From Anaeramoeba ignava BMAN (lineage: Eukaryota; Protista; Anaeramoebae): a stretch of 64,000 nt of DNA. The position numbers and the translations under genes were made by a program. Location: the NCBI GenBank assembly GCA_028826165.1, contig JAPDFW010000075.1, forward strand, positions 186,001-250,000, read 5' to 3'. Below, one piece after another: positions 1-12,500 of the stretch. The notes under the pieces were generated by a model that ran no database searches, had not been told where the DNA came from, and saw only the letters and a list, made by a program, of their open reading frames with translations. Every line of letters begins with the position of its first letter. Position 1 is the first letter of the stretch.

Positions 1-816
1 AACAAAAATTTCTATATATTTTTCCGACTTTATGGAGAATTGTACCAGAGAATACTTCAATGCGAAGAAGAGATGAATTCAATATCACAAGGCATTCATA
101 GTGAAAACACAACACAAACAGCACAAATGGGAGCCAAAAAATCCAACGGAAAAGAAACTCCAATTGTGAAAATTTATCAACTTGTCAAGGATTATATTTC
201 TGGGAAAATAAATTTCGACACGTATCGCGATAATTGCAATAATTGGTTCCATCAGCCTTGGAAAATTTATTACGCAGATCGATTGATTGGATCGTTGATT
301 CAAATTGTGACCAAAATTATGCTCAAACCAAAAAATCAAAAGTTGATTTCTCTTCTAAAATACGAGTCTGCAAAGACTTATGTTACAGAAGATGCTTTGC
401 TTTCTGATTGTTATACAATCATGAACAAGAAACCTGTTTTCAAGTTTGATTTTGTTCATAAGAATGAAACAGTTGAACAAAAAGATTCAGAAACGGTTTC
501 AAATATTTTAAAAATTTCATGTGTTCAAAATCAATTTCCAAATAAAAAAGATTGGTTTGTTTCCACTTATCAATCACAGATTTTTATTGAGAAATTTATT
601 CATAAAATTGAGGAAGGTGGAAATTATCAAACAAACACTCCTTATTTACTTAGAAATATTCTGAAATGTCCCATCTGTCGGAAACTAAATAATGTGGTTG
701 GTTTCAATCAATTAGAAAGAAAATCTCATATAAAAAGATATTCTTGGGTTTATGTTCAAAATACTTGCGATTTTTTTTATCGAATGAATTTTTTGGATCG
801 TCATCATAAATTATAA
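1..816 (+). CDS. 3' part of a hypothetical protein (frame open from the window start)
   Basis: Frame 1 has no stop from position 1 to TAA 814-816. Composition is coding-like, with one CxxC (CPIC). No family recognised. Confidence 0.5.
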   Translation, partial: NKNFYIFFRLYGELYQRILQCEEEMNSISQGIHSENTTQTAQMGAKKSNGKETPIVKIYQLVKDYISGKINFDTYRDNCNNWFHQPWKIYYADRLIGSLIQIVTKIMLKPKNQKLISLLKYESAKTYVTEDALLSDCYTIMNKKPVFKFDFVHKNETVEQKDSETVSNILKISCVQNQFPNKKDWFVSTYQSQIFIEKFIHKIEEGGNYQTNTPYLLRNILKCPICRKLNNVVGFNQLERKSHIKRYSWVYVQNTCDFFYRMNFLDRHHKL

Positions 817-934
817 GGAATGATCTTGTAAATTTTTTTTTTTTGAAATGATTTTGCTTCTCTTAATTCAATAGAGATTAATTTTTTTTTTTTTCACAAA
901 ATAAAATTCTTTTCTAATTTACAATATTTAATTT

Positions 935-1690
935 AAATTTATAAAATATTTTTAAAATATTAATCTTTTTTGATATTAAATTAAAATAATTTATATTATA
1001 TTTAATTTAAATATTTTAATATTTAAAATTTAAATCATTTTTATAATTTATAAAAAATATTTAATTTTAAATTTATAAAATATTAATTTTTAAATATTAA
1101 TCTTTTTTGATTTTAAATCAAATAATCTAAATTATATTTAATTTATAATATTTGGATAATTTATTAATTTAATTTTTATTTAAAATTTAAATCATTTTTA
1201 ATTTATAAAATATTAAATTTAAATTTATAAAATATTAATTTTTAAATATTAATCTTTTTTGATTTTAAATCAAATAATTTATATTATATTTAATTTATAA
1301 TATTTGGATAATTTATTAATTTAATTTTTATTTAAAATTTAAATCATTTTTAATTTATAAAATATTTAAATTTAAATTTATAAAATATTAATTTATAAAA
1401 TATTAATCTTTTTTGATTTTAAATCAAATAATTTATATTATATTTAATTTATAATATTTAGATAATTTATTAATTTAATTTTTATTTAAAATTTAAATCA
1501 TTTTTAATTTATAAAATATTTAAATTTAAATTTATAAAATATTAATTTTAAAATATTAATCTTTTTTGATTTTAAATCAAATAATTTAAATTATATTTAA
1601 TTTATAATATTTGGATAATTTATTAATTCAATTTTTATTTAAAATTTAAATCATTTTTAAATTGCGATCTTATTTAATTTAAATTTATAA
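935..1690. repeat. AT-rich tandem repeat, ~150-bp unit, ~5 copies
   Basis: Marker AATCTTTTTTGAT recurs at 962, 1099, 1251, 1405 and 1558. Confidence 0.85.
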
Positions 1691-1872
1691 AATTTGGATC
1701 ATTCAACATTTAATTTTCTTTTCTTTTTCTTTTTCTTTTGTTTGTGCTTTGTTTTGTTTTGTTTTGTTTGGTTCTCATTTTTAAAAAACAAATTTTTTTT
1801 TTAATTTTTTTTTCATTTTTTTTTTCATTTTTTTTTATTTTTAAAAAATTAATTTAAATTAAATTTTAAGAA

Positions 1873-4800
1873 ATGGATGTTCCTGTTGAAAGAGTTGAAT
1901 TAAGTATTTTATGCAATAATTTACCAAGAAGCCAGTCAGCACATTATTTTGTTGTTTTAACTGAAGAAAGTAATGGACAATGGATTGAACTCGGAAGAAC
2001 AGAAGCAAAAAAATCATCTGAACCAAGATTCTCTCGTTCTTTTGTTGTTGAATATTTTTTTGAAGTAAGAAAACAAACGCCAAACAAACAAAAAATCAAT
2101 TAATTAAAAATATATTCAAAAAATTTTTTTTCATTTTTTTTTGAATTTTTTTTTTTGAATTTTTTTTGAATAGAAAATTCAATTATTTCAATTTTGGTTA
2201 TATGCATCTCAACAAGAACAAACACCTCAAAATCTTCAACAATCAAGATTTGTTGGATTAATTGAACTTAAACTTAGTGAACTTGTTGGAAGTAGAAGTC
2301 AAGAACTTACACGCAAAATAGAGTATTTTTTAATTATTTTTAATTTTTTATTATTTTTTTTATTTAAAATCTATTTTAGAAATCCAAAAAAACCAAATGA
2401 AACTTTAGGAACAATATCAATATTTGCTGAAGAAATGGAACCAACTACAGTTACAGAACCAGTAATTACATTTCATTTTGGAGGAAGAAAACTTGCTAAA
2501 AAAGATTTTTTTGGCAAATCAGGTAAATATTATAAAAAGAATTAATATTTTAATTTAAATATTTATTTTAATTTAAATTAAATATTTATTTTAATTTTTA
2601 ATTAATATTTTAATATTTTAATTTTTATTTTAATTTTTATTTTAATATTTAATTTAATTTTTATTTTTATTTTAATATTTTAATTTTTAAATTTAGATCC
2701 ATATTTGGAAATTTACAGAATGAAAGAAGGTGGCACTTTTGTTCCTTGTACTCAAACTGAATATCTTAAAAATACACTAAATCCAACTTGGAAACCTTTA
2801 AAAATTAGTTTAACAAGATTATGTAACAATGATTTGGATCGGCCACTAAAATTTATTTGTTGGGATTGGAACAAATCATCTCCACCAGATTTTATCGGAG
2901 AATTTCAAACAACAACTCGAGCATTACTTGATGAAAACAAAAAAGAATTTGAACTAATAGAACCAGAAAAAAAGAAAAAGAAGAAAAAATACAAAAATTC
3001 TGGAGTTATTTATCACATATCAAGACCAATACAAACAGAAGAATCTGTGCAGCAAACATCAGGACAGACTGGGAGTTTCTTGCAATTTATTCGTGGAGGA
3101 TGCCAAATCAATCTTATCATTGCAATTGATTTTACAGTGTCAAATGGAAATGTTAATTCGCCAACAAGTCTCCATTTTTACGATCCATCAAGACCAAATT
3201 ATTTGAACGAATATCTTAAGGCTATCACATCAACATGCGATATCTTAATTGATTACGACACCACTAAATCTTTCCCAGTTTTCGGGTTTGGAGGGAAACC
3301 TTTTGGATCACAAACTGTTTCTCATTGCTTCCCATTGAATAACAACCCAAGAAATCCGGTTGTTGAAGGTGTTCTCGGAGTAATCAATGTGTATCGTGAT
3401 GCGCTCCAAGTTTGCGAGCTTTCTGCTCCAACTACTTTCGAAGGTGTGATCCGCGTTGCTCGTCAAATGGCATCCATTCCAATCACTCAAGAACAACTTC
3501 GTTATTATGTCTTACTTATTATTTGTGATGGAACAGTTACCAGAGGTGATACTCCCCATCTGCGAAACACAATAGATGAGATTGTTGCCTGTACAGATCT
3601 TCCCTTGAGTATCATTATTGTCGGTGTTGGTAATGAGGATTTTTCAGATATGGTTCTTTTGGATGCTGATGAGAACCCTTTGGTTTCTTCAAATGGAAAA
3701 GAAATGGAAAGAGATATCGTCAATTTTATCCCGTTCAGAAATTACAAAACTGCTTCTCCTCAAGTTCTTGCCGCTGCGCTTCTTGAAGAGGTTCCTGGTC
3801 AGCTTCTTTCTTATATGGCAATGAAAGGTTTCAGACCAAATCCTCCAAAAAGGAATTTCCAAGGTCCAAGAGAAGACCATCAACCTATCGCAAGAAATGT
3901 TGGTGTAATGCCTATCGGAATGACACATAATTTTAGTTTCCAACAAAATCCACAAAATCCTCCTCAATATGGTGGTGATGTTCGTTCAAATTCCTTCCAA
4001 TTTGGGAATCAAAATCCTCAAAATCCTCAAAACCAAAGTGATAGATTATTTACGGATATTGGTTTGGATGAGGTTGAAGATGATCAATTAAGTGTTCATG
4101 AAATGAATCCACAAAATCAATTGAATAGACCAAATAGTCAACCAAATTTTCAATATCCACCAAATCAATTGAGTAGACCAAATAGTCAACCACATTTTGA
4201 ATATCCACAAAATCAATTAAGTAGACCAAATAGTCAATCACATCTTGAATATCCACAAAATCAAGGATTCAATCCACAAAACCAAGGATTTTAATCCACA
4301 AAATCAAGGATTCAATCCACAAAATCAAGGATTCAATCCACCAAATCAATTAAGTAGACCAAATAGTCAACCACATTTTGAATATCCACAAAATCAATTA
4401 AGTAGACCAAATAGTCAATCACATCTTGAATATCCACAAAATCAAGGATTTAATCCACAAAATCAAGGATTCAATCCACAAAATCAAGGTTTTAATCCAC
4501 AAAATCAAGGTTTTAATCCACAAAATCAAGGTTTTAATCCACAAAATCAAGGTTTTAATCCACAAAATCAAGGTTTTAATCCACAAAATCAAGGTTTTAA
4601 TCCACAAAATCAAGGTTTTAATCCACAAAATCAAGGTTTTAATCAACCCCAACAAAATCAAAGATTCCAAGAACAACTAAGACAACTTATTGATATGGGA
4701 TTCACTGATACTCAAAAAAATCTTCAAGCTTTATCAGAAGTAAATGGTGATATTTTTCAAGCTATTGAACATTTAAATGAAGATGAAGAACCTCCTCCAC

Positions 4801-4970
4801 CTGATTATTCCCAGCATTCCCATTCTTTCAATCAACCCCAACAAAATCAATCATTCCAAGAACAACTTAATCAACTTATTGATATGGGATTCACTGATAC
4901 TCAAAAAAATCTTCGAGTTTTATCAGAAGTAAATGGTGATCTTGGTCAAGCTCTTGAAAGATTGATGTGA
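1873..4970 (+). CDS. Copine (C2-C2-vWA) with PQN-rich repeats and two C-terminal UBA domains; join(1873..2064,2174..2322,2380..2522,2697..4970) with a 1-nt frameshift near 4290
   Basis: Three GT-AG introns splice in frame. Copine motifs: KKDFFGKSDPYLEI, KNTLNPTW, AIDFTVSNG, FPVFGFGG, LPLSIIIVGVG, RDIVNF. Two QLIDMGFTD..NL..L...NGD...A.E.L UBA-like units. An extra T in GGATTTTAAT, compared with the repeat unit GGATTTAAT, explains the ORF break. Confidence 0.9.
4105..4645 (+). repeat. Coding tandem repeats: 21-nt (NPQNQGF)n and longer NQLSRPNSQ..EYP units
   Basis: AATCCACAAAATCAAGGTTTT repeated about 10 times in tandem at 4430-4640, plus duplicated longer units. Confidence 0.9.
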
Positions 4971-5239
4971 AAAATCAAAATTAACCAAAAATTATAATCT
5001 CTTTCAATTATAAAACTTTCGTTTCTTTTTATTTACTTTATTATTTCTTTTTTATTTCTTTTTTATTATTATTCTTCTTCATTTTGTTTTTGCTTTTTTT
5101 TGTTTTTGCTTTTGCTTTTTCATTTTTCATTTTCATTTTTCATTTTGCTTCTGATTAAAAAACAAATTTCAAATTTAATTCTCAATTTTATCTTTTATTT
5201 ATCTTTTCAAAAAATTCCAATCTAAATTTACAATTAGAA

Positions 5240-6526
5240 ATGAATCAATTTCAATTCAATTTTGAATTCGATCAATATTATTATGAAAGAGATTATTATC
5301 AAGCATTAGTTTTTGATAATGGATCAGGAAAAATGAAAGTAGGATTTTCAGGAGATGATGCACCAAGAGCAGTTTTCCCAACAGTTGTAGGAAGGCCAAG
5401 ACATTATAATGTTATGGTAGGAATGGGACAAAAAGATACATATGTTGGAGATGAAGCAATATCCAAAAAAGGAATATTGAATTTAAAACAACCTATTATA
5501 AATGAATTGATTACAAATTGGGATGATATTGAAAAAGTTTGGCATCATAGTTTTTATAATGAATTATGTGTTGCACCTGAAGAACATGCAATTTTATTAA
5601 CTGAACCAATTTCTAATCCAAATTTAAATCGAGAAAAAATAACTCAAATCATGTTTGAAACATTTACTGTTCCTGCATTATATCTTGAAAAATCTCAATT
5701 ACTTTCATTTTTTTTCTCAGGAAAACCAACTGGAATTATTTTTGATATGGGATATTCTTCTTCTCGTGCTTGTGCTATTTATGGTGGAAATATTTTAAAT
5801 GAAACAGTCCAAACTTTCCCAATTGGAGGAAAAGAAATTTATGATAATTTTGAGCTTATTCTGAATAATGAAAAGATTTTTTCATATTATTTATTAGATT
5901 TCTTTCAATCATGTCATGCAAAATTTTCTTATGTTGCTTTAGATTTTGAAGAAGAAATGAAAAAAAATCAAAATCAAAATCAAAATCAAAATCAAAATCA
6001 AAATCAAAATCAAAATCAAAATCAAAATCAAAATCAAAATCAAAATCAAAATCAAAATCAAAATCAAAATCAAAATCAAAAAACTCTCAAAGAAATTACT
6101 GATTTATATGGTTATGGAAAAGAATCTGAAGAAAAAATTAATGAAAAACTTGGAATTAACAAATTTAAAATTCCAGAAATTTTATTCAAACCTTCTATTA
6201 TTGGATTACAGGATATTAGAATTGAAGATACCATTATTAATTGTATTTTGAAAGCGGAAGAAGAATTACAAAAAGATTTAGCAAATAATATTATTATTTG
6301 TGGAGGAATTTCAGAAATTAAAGGAATGAAAGAAAGATTAGAAAAAGAAATTGAAAAATCAAGAAAATTAAATTTTAAACCAAATATTATTGAGATTCCT
6401 TTGAGAAAATTTTCAAGTTGGATTGGTGGATCAATTTTGGCATCAAGTCCGTTATTTGAAAATTTATGGATTGCTCGTTCAGAATATGATGAATTTGGAC
6501 CAACAATAATTAAAAAAGCGATTTAA
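5240..6526 (+). CDS. Divergent actin / actin-related protein with a (QN)n insertion
   Basis: DNGSG, GDDAPRAVFP, VMVGMGQKDTYVGDEA, NWDDIEKVWHH, APEEH, REKITQIMFETF, WIGGSILAS, EYDEFGP. The middle and C-terminal parts are divergent. Confidence 0.92.
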   Translation: MNQFQFNFEFDQYYYERDYYQALVFDNGSGKMKVGFSGDDAPRAVFPTVVGRPRHYNVMVGMGQKDTYVGDEAISKKGILNLKQPIINELITNWDDIEKVWHHSFYNELCVAPEEHAILLTEPISNPNLNREKITQIMFETFTVPALYLEKSQLLSFFFSGKPTGIIFDMGYSSSRACAIYGGNILNETVQTFPIGGKEIYDNFELILNNEKIFSYYLLDFFQSCHAKFSYVALDFEEEMKKNQNQNQNQNQNQNQNQNQNQNQNQNQNQNQNQNQNQNQKTLKEITDLYGYGKESEEKINEKLGINKFKIPEILFKPSIIGLQDIRIEDTIINCILKAEEELQKDLANNIIICGGISEIKGMKERLEKEIEKSRKLNFKPNIIEIPLRKFSSWIGGSILASSPLFENLWIARSEYDEFGPTIIKKAI

Positions 6527-6589
6527 TTTTTTTCAATTTTTTTTTTTCATTTTTTTTCATTTTTCATTTTTTTTCTTTTTTAAAAATAA

Positions 6590-9500
6590 ATGAATCAAAC
6601 CCAAAAAGAAAAATTAAATCCTTTAGAAAAGAAAGTTGTAAGTGAAAGTGATATTCCCAAAAGAATTAAATGTTTAGAATTTGGGATGCATGATAATAAA
6701 ACAATTGAAAAACTTTCAGAAATTGAAATTGTAAATCGTGAACTTTATCAAGTTCCGAGAAGGGATCCAGTTCCTTTTGGCCCTTTAGATCGTAGATTGG
6801 TAAACATTAAAATTAAAATAAAAATTAAAATTCATTTATAAAATTAAAATTAAAATTAAAATTAAAATTATAATTAATATTAAAATTAATATTAAAATTC
6901 ATTTATAAAATTATAATTAAAATTATTTATAAAATTAAAATTAATATTAAAATTAAAATTCATTTATAAAATTATATTTAAAATAATAATTAATATTAAA
7001 ATTAAATTTAAAAATTAAAATTGAAATTAAAATTAAAATTAAAATCAAAATTAAAATTAAAATTAAAATTAAAATTAAAATTCATTTATAAAATTAAAAT
7101 TAAAATTCATTTATAAAATTAAAATTAAAATTAAAATTATATTTATAATTAATATTAAAATTAAAACTATAATTAAAATAAAAATTAAAATTCATTTATA
7201 AAATTAAAATTATAATTAAAATTAAAATTAATATTAAAATTAAAATTATATTTAAAACTATAATTAAAATAAAAATAAAAATAAAAATTAAAATTAAAAT
7301 TCAAATTAAAATTATAATTAAAATTAAAATTAAAATTATAATTAAAATTAAAATTATAATTAAAATTAAAATTAAAATTATAATTAAAATTAAAATTAAA
7401 ATTATAATTAAAATTATATTTAAAATTAAAATTAAAATTAAAATTAAAATTCATTTATAAAATTAAAATTAAAATTCATTTATAAAATTAAAATTAAAAT
7501 TAAAATTATTTATAAAATTAAAATTAAAATTAAAATTATATTTATAAAATTAAAATTAAAATTAAAATTAAAATTAAAATTATAATTAAAATTAAAATTA
7601 AAATTATAATTAAAATTAAAATTATTAAAATTAAAATTATAATTAAAATTAAAATTAAAATTAATATTAAAATTCATTTATAAAATTAAAATTAAAATTA
7701 AAATTAAAATTAAAATTAAAATTAAAATTATAATTAAAATTATAATTAAAATTAAAATTAAAATTAAAATTAAAATTAAAATTAAAATTAAAATTAAAAT
7801 TAAAATTAAAATTAAAATTAAAATTATAATTCATTTATAAAATTAAAATTAAAATTAAAATTAAAATTAAAATTAAAATTAAAATTAAAATTAAAATTAT
7901 TTATAAAATTAAAATTTCATTTGAAAAAAGGGAGTTTCTGATAAATTTAGTTCATGTGAAACATGTGGAAAAAGAATCCAAGAATGTTCAGGACATTTTG
8001 GATTTATCAAACTTTCACTCCCAGTATTTCACGTAGGACACTTTCGCTCGATTCATACAATCCTACAAAGCGTATGCAAAAGATGCAGTAGAATTCTTCT
8101 TGATGACACAAAATCCAAAAAATATATGACATTAATGAAGAAGCCTAACATTGAGCACCAGGTACGGAAAGCCAAAGAAAAAGCAATCTACGAAGAATGC
8201 AAGAAAGTGAAAATATGTCCACATTGCGGAGAACGTAACGGACTAGTGAAAAAATCAGGGCCGTTAAAGCTTACTCATGAAAAATACGGCGCACGACCCA
8301 CAGCAAACAACGAGTTCATGAAACAGTTCGAGACAGTGATTCCGTTGCAGCCTGATATTGTGCAGTACTTGACACGGGCGCAGGATCAAATGAACCCGCT
8401 TGTTGTGCTTGAAATATTCAAAAAAATACCGGACTCGGATGTTTATTTGCTGAACATTGATCCAAGTTTTTGTCGGCCTGAAGCGTTGATTCTAACGCGG
8501 ATATTTGTGCCGCCAGCAACCATCCGACCGAGCGTGCTGATGGAGACTTCGAAGGGCGGAAATGAAGATGATCTTACAATCAAGATCTCGGACATCTCGC
8601 ACATCAACAACACAATCAAAAAATATTTCGAAAACGGCGGTTATTTAGCAAACTTACTTGACACTTGGGATCTTCTTCAGACCCAAGTGGCGCTGTTGTA
8701 CAATTCGGACTTACCGAGTCTGCCCATACCAAGAAATAAAAGTGTCAAAAGAATTCGAGGTATTTGTCAACGGTTGAAAGGCAAACGTGGCCGTTTTAGA
8801 GGGAATTTATCTGGAAAACGCGTCAATTTCTCAAGTAGATCAGTTATCTCGCCGGATCCAAATCTTGATATCGATCAAGTGATTGTTCCTGAAGAAGTAG
8901 CAAAAATCATGACTTTTCCCGAATGTGTCAACAAACATAATATCAGAAAACTTCGCGAATATGTCAAACGCGGAGCCGATCACCATCCGGGAGCTGTATA
9001 TATCCACCACAAATCCGGAGAGAAGACGATACTCACGAACGCGCGAAGAGAATTTCTTGCAAAAAACTTGACATTTGGCGACATTGTAGGGAGACACTTG
9101 ATCGACAACGATATTGTGCTGTTCAACAGACAGCCCTCTTTGCACAGACTCAGCATCATGTCTCTTCGAGCCAAGGTGATGCCCGGCCGAACCTTCCGTT
9201 TCAACGAGTGCATATGCGCTCCATTTAACGCAGATTTTGATGGCGACGAGATGAACTGCCATCTTCCACAAACCCAAGAAGCAAAAGCGGAAGCACACTG
9301 TCTTATGAGCGTTGTTGAGAACCTTGCAACACCGCGGGATGGTGGACTCATTATTGCCGCCATCCAGGATTTCATGACAGCCGCATACTTACTCACATGG
9401 AAAGACCGTTTTTTTAACCGAAGTTTTTTCACAAGAATTGCCGCGTTCATTGGTAACGCCGAAGAGCGCATTGATATACCCCCACCAGCAATACTCAAAC

Positions 9501-12500
9501 CCCGAAAACTCTGGACAGGCAAACAGATCATATCTCTTTTGATCCGACCCAACGCGTCCGTTAATGTTTCCGTCAACTTCGAAACCAAGGGCAAAGAATG
9601 TTCAAACCCTTTCGATATGGATCCTCAAGATCGATATGTTGTTTTCGACGATAGCGAGCTCATGTGCGGCGAGCTCGACAAGAAAACTCTCGGCGGAACA
9701 AAGGACAGTCTTTTTTATATCTTACTTCGCGATTATTCAAACACTTTCGCTGCCAAATGCATGTCAAGATTGTCTCGACTCACAAGCAGGTTCCTTGCCG
9801 AACTTGGGTTTTCTATCGGGATTTCCGACGTGCAACCATCGGAAGATCTGCTGGAAAAGAAAGAGAAGATCATCAACACAGGATATCAAAAATGCGAGAA
9901 CTACATCGAGCAATTCAACAGCGGTACACTTGTGATCACACCGGGAATGTCTGATGAAGAGACACTTGAATCACAAATCAGTTCCGTTTTATCCGACATT
10001 CGGGACGACACGGGAAAAATGTGCATGAAGGAACTCAGCATGTACAACGCGCCACTCATCATGTCCACATGTGGATCCAAAGGATCTCCAATCAATATCT
10101 CCCAAATGGTGGTTTGTGTCGGGCAGCAAAGTGTCTCCGGGGCAAGAGTTCCCGACGGATTCGAGACACGATCCTTGCCGCACTTCCCCATAATACAGTC
10201 AAAAGACCCCGCCGCAAAGGGGTTTGTGGCCAACAGTTTCTTTTCGGGTCTGAGCCCCACTGAGTTCTTCTTCCACACTATGGCAGGTCGTGAAGGGCTT
10301 ATTGATACCGCTGTAAAGACTGCCGATACTGGCTACATGCAGCGTAGGCTCGTTAAATCTCTTGAGGATCTTACTGTCCAATACGACAGAACCGTCAGGA
10401 ATGCAAAGCGTGAGATTGTCCAGTTTATTTTTGGTGATGATGGTCTTGATCCTTGTATGATTGAAAAGGATAATTTACCCCTTGATTTTCTTAGAATGAA
10501 AAATAATATTTTCCATATGTTTCCTTCTCCTGATGAGGAATCAATGCTTCCTTTTCAATTGATTGAAATGGTTAATCTTGTTATGAATTCTCATCCCTTT
10601 AGAGAAAAGGTTTTTTCTTCGAATGTTGATTCTCGAGCTCATCATCATCAGCATCGCCATCATCACCAACATAATATTAATATTAGTAATAAGAATATTC
10701 AAGTTCAAACAAGCGATGAGATTGGAGGTGAATAATTTAATATTTTAATTTAATTTAATATTTATTTTAATATTTATTTTAATTTAATATTTTAATTTAA
10801 TATTTATTTTAATATTTTAATTTAATTTAATATTTATTTTAATTCAATATTTAATTTAATATTTATTTTAATATTTAATTTAATATTTTAATTTAATTCA
10901 ATTTTGTAAAATAGATACAAACCAAAAACCTCAAATCCCAAAATTCGATTACAATAAATTCGTCCAAAATAACTTCAAATTTAAATCCATCTCTGATAAC
11001 GTTTCTTGCGTCTCAAAAATTAGTCCTCTCTTTAAACAAAAATTCGTTCAATGGATCTCCGAAAACTTAATCTCTCCTTTAATCAAATTCCGTAAACAAT
11101 TTAAACTCCCAACTTTTGAATCAAGACAAGAATGGGAAAAATGGAATCAAAACCCAATGAACGAAAAAGAACTCCAGGAATACAACGAAAAAATGCAAAT
11201 CGTTAACAATATAATAAGAATCACAAAATCACAATTCCAAAAATTCTTTCTCAACGTTTTGAAAAGATACAAAAAAGCACGAATCGATCCAGGAACAGCT
11301 GTTGGTGCTCTTTGCGCTCAAAGTATTGGCGAACCTGGAACTCAAATGAGTCTCCCAGGAAATGAATCAGTCATCATTTCTTTCAATGGAAATATTTCTC
11401 TTGTCGAAATTGGACATTTTATTGATTCACTCCTCAAAAAATACAAAAATTACACAACAAAACTCCCAAATAATTCTTTTGTATTTAATTTTCCTAAATC
11501 TTTCCACAATAAATTCCAAGTTCTCTCACTTGGAAATAACCAGAAAATTGCATGGAAACCCTTATCCCAAATTTCCAAACATTCCCCAAATGGAAATCTA
11601 CTCCAAGTAAAAACTTCAACAGGAAGAATCATCCAAACAACATTCTCTCATTCCTTTGTTGTTAGAAAAAACAACCAAATTGTTCCTCAAGCTGGAAAAT
11701 ACTTGAAAATTGGTGACAAAATCCCAATAATAAGCAAAATCACAAAAAGTAAATCATTCTCTAAATGCAAAAAAACACCACTTTTATCCCAATTATCTTC
11801 CTTACTTGGATGCTTTCTCTCAATTGGAAAATTCGATAATTCAAACAATCTCTTATTCAAATTTAATGATCCTTTCTTGTCTTCCCAATTTTCCACTGAT
11901 TTCAACTTTTTCAATCAAAATCACTCATTTATTCAATACCAAAATGAATCATTTATTATTAACTCTGAATATTGGGTTTCCCTTCTCAAAAACTATTTCA
12001 AACACAAAAATTTGCACAAAAAACAAATGAATTGCCAAATTTTCAACAATTCAAACCAAATAATCCAGAATTTCCTCCATTTCTACATTCGATACTCACA
12101 AGGATACAAATTTATCTATAAAGATCAAAACGAAATATATTTTGTTCCTTGTTCTTCAAACAAAAATGCACAATTACTCTCCTTATTGTTTCTAAGACTT
12201 GGAATATTTACTATTAAACAAAGAAATTTTGGATTGTTTTTCTCAATTTCCACATTAAATGGGAAAAAACCGAAATCTTTGCATCTCATTTTCAACTCAT
12301 TTCATACAAAAACAAAAATAACCAAAAATGAAAAGAATTTCGCTCAAAAAATCAACCATTTCAAAACAGAAACCGACAGAATTCCCGGATTTGATAACAA
12401 ATTATTCAACAAAATGAAAAGTGAAATCCAAAAAATTAATAGAAAAAAGAAACACGAAAATAACGGAAATGAAACGATATCAAGAACTGATTTATCAAAG

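Noticed and set aside
4285-4294. Programmed frameshifting in copine (and in the TPR gene near 22631)
   Set aside because: Both are single extra bases in homopolymers, and neighbouring copine repeat copies lack the extra T. Most likely long-read consensus errors.
7185-7454. (NF)n, (NKIL)n and (IK)n ORFs here and at 15086, 17818 and 31079
   Set aside because: Satellite translations within introns or intergenic DNA.
8840-10381. Several antisense and alternate-frame ORFs within RPC1 (also within BTB, FG-GAP and TRRAP genes)
   Set aside because: Expected shadow ORFs of GC-richer coding DNA, with no recognisable motifs.
10735-11157. Archaeal-like split of the largest RNAP subunit into A' and A''
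   Set aside because: A GT-AG intron at 10728-10914 joins the two ORFs in frame.
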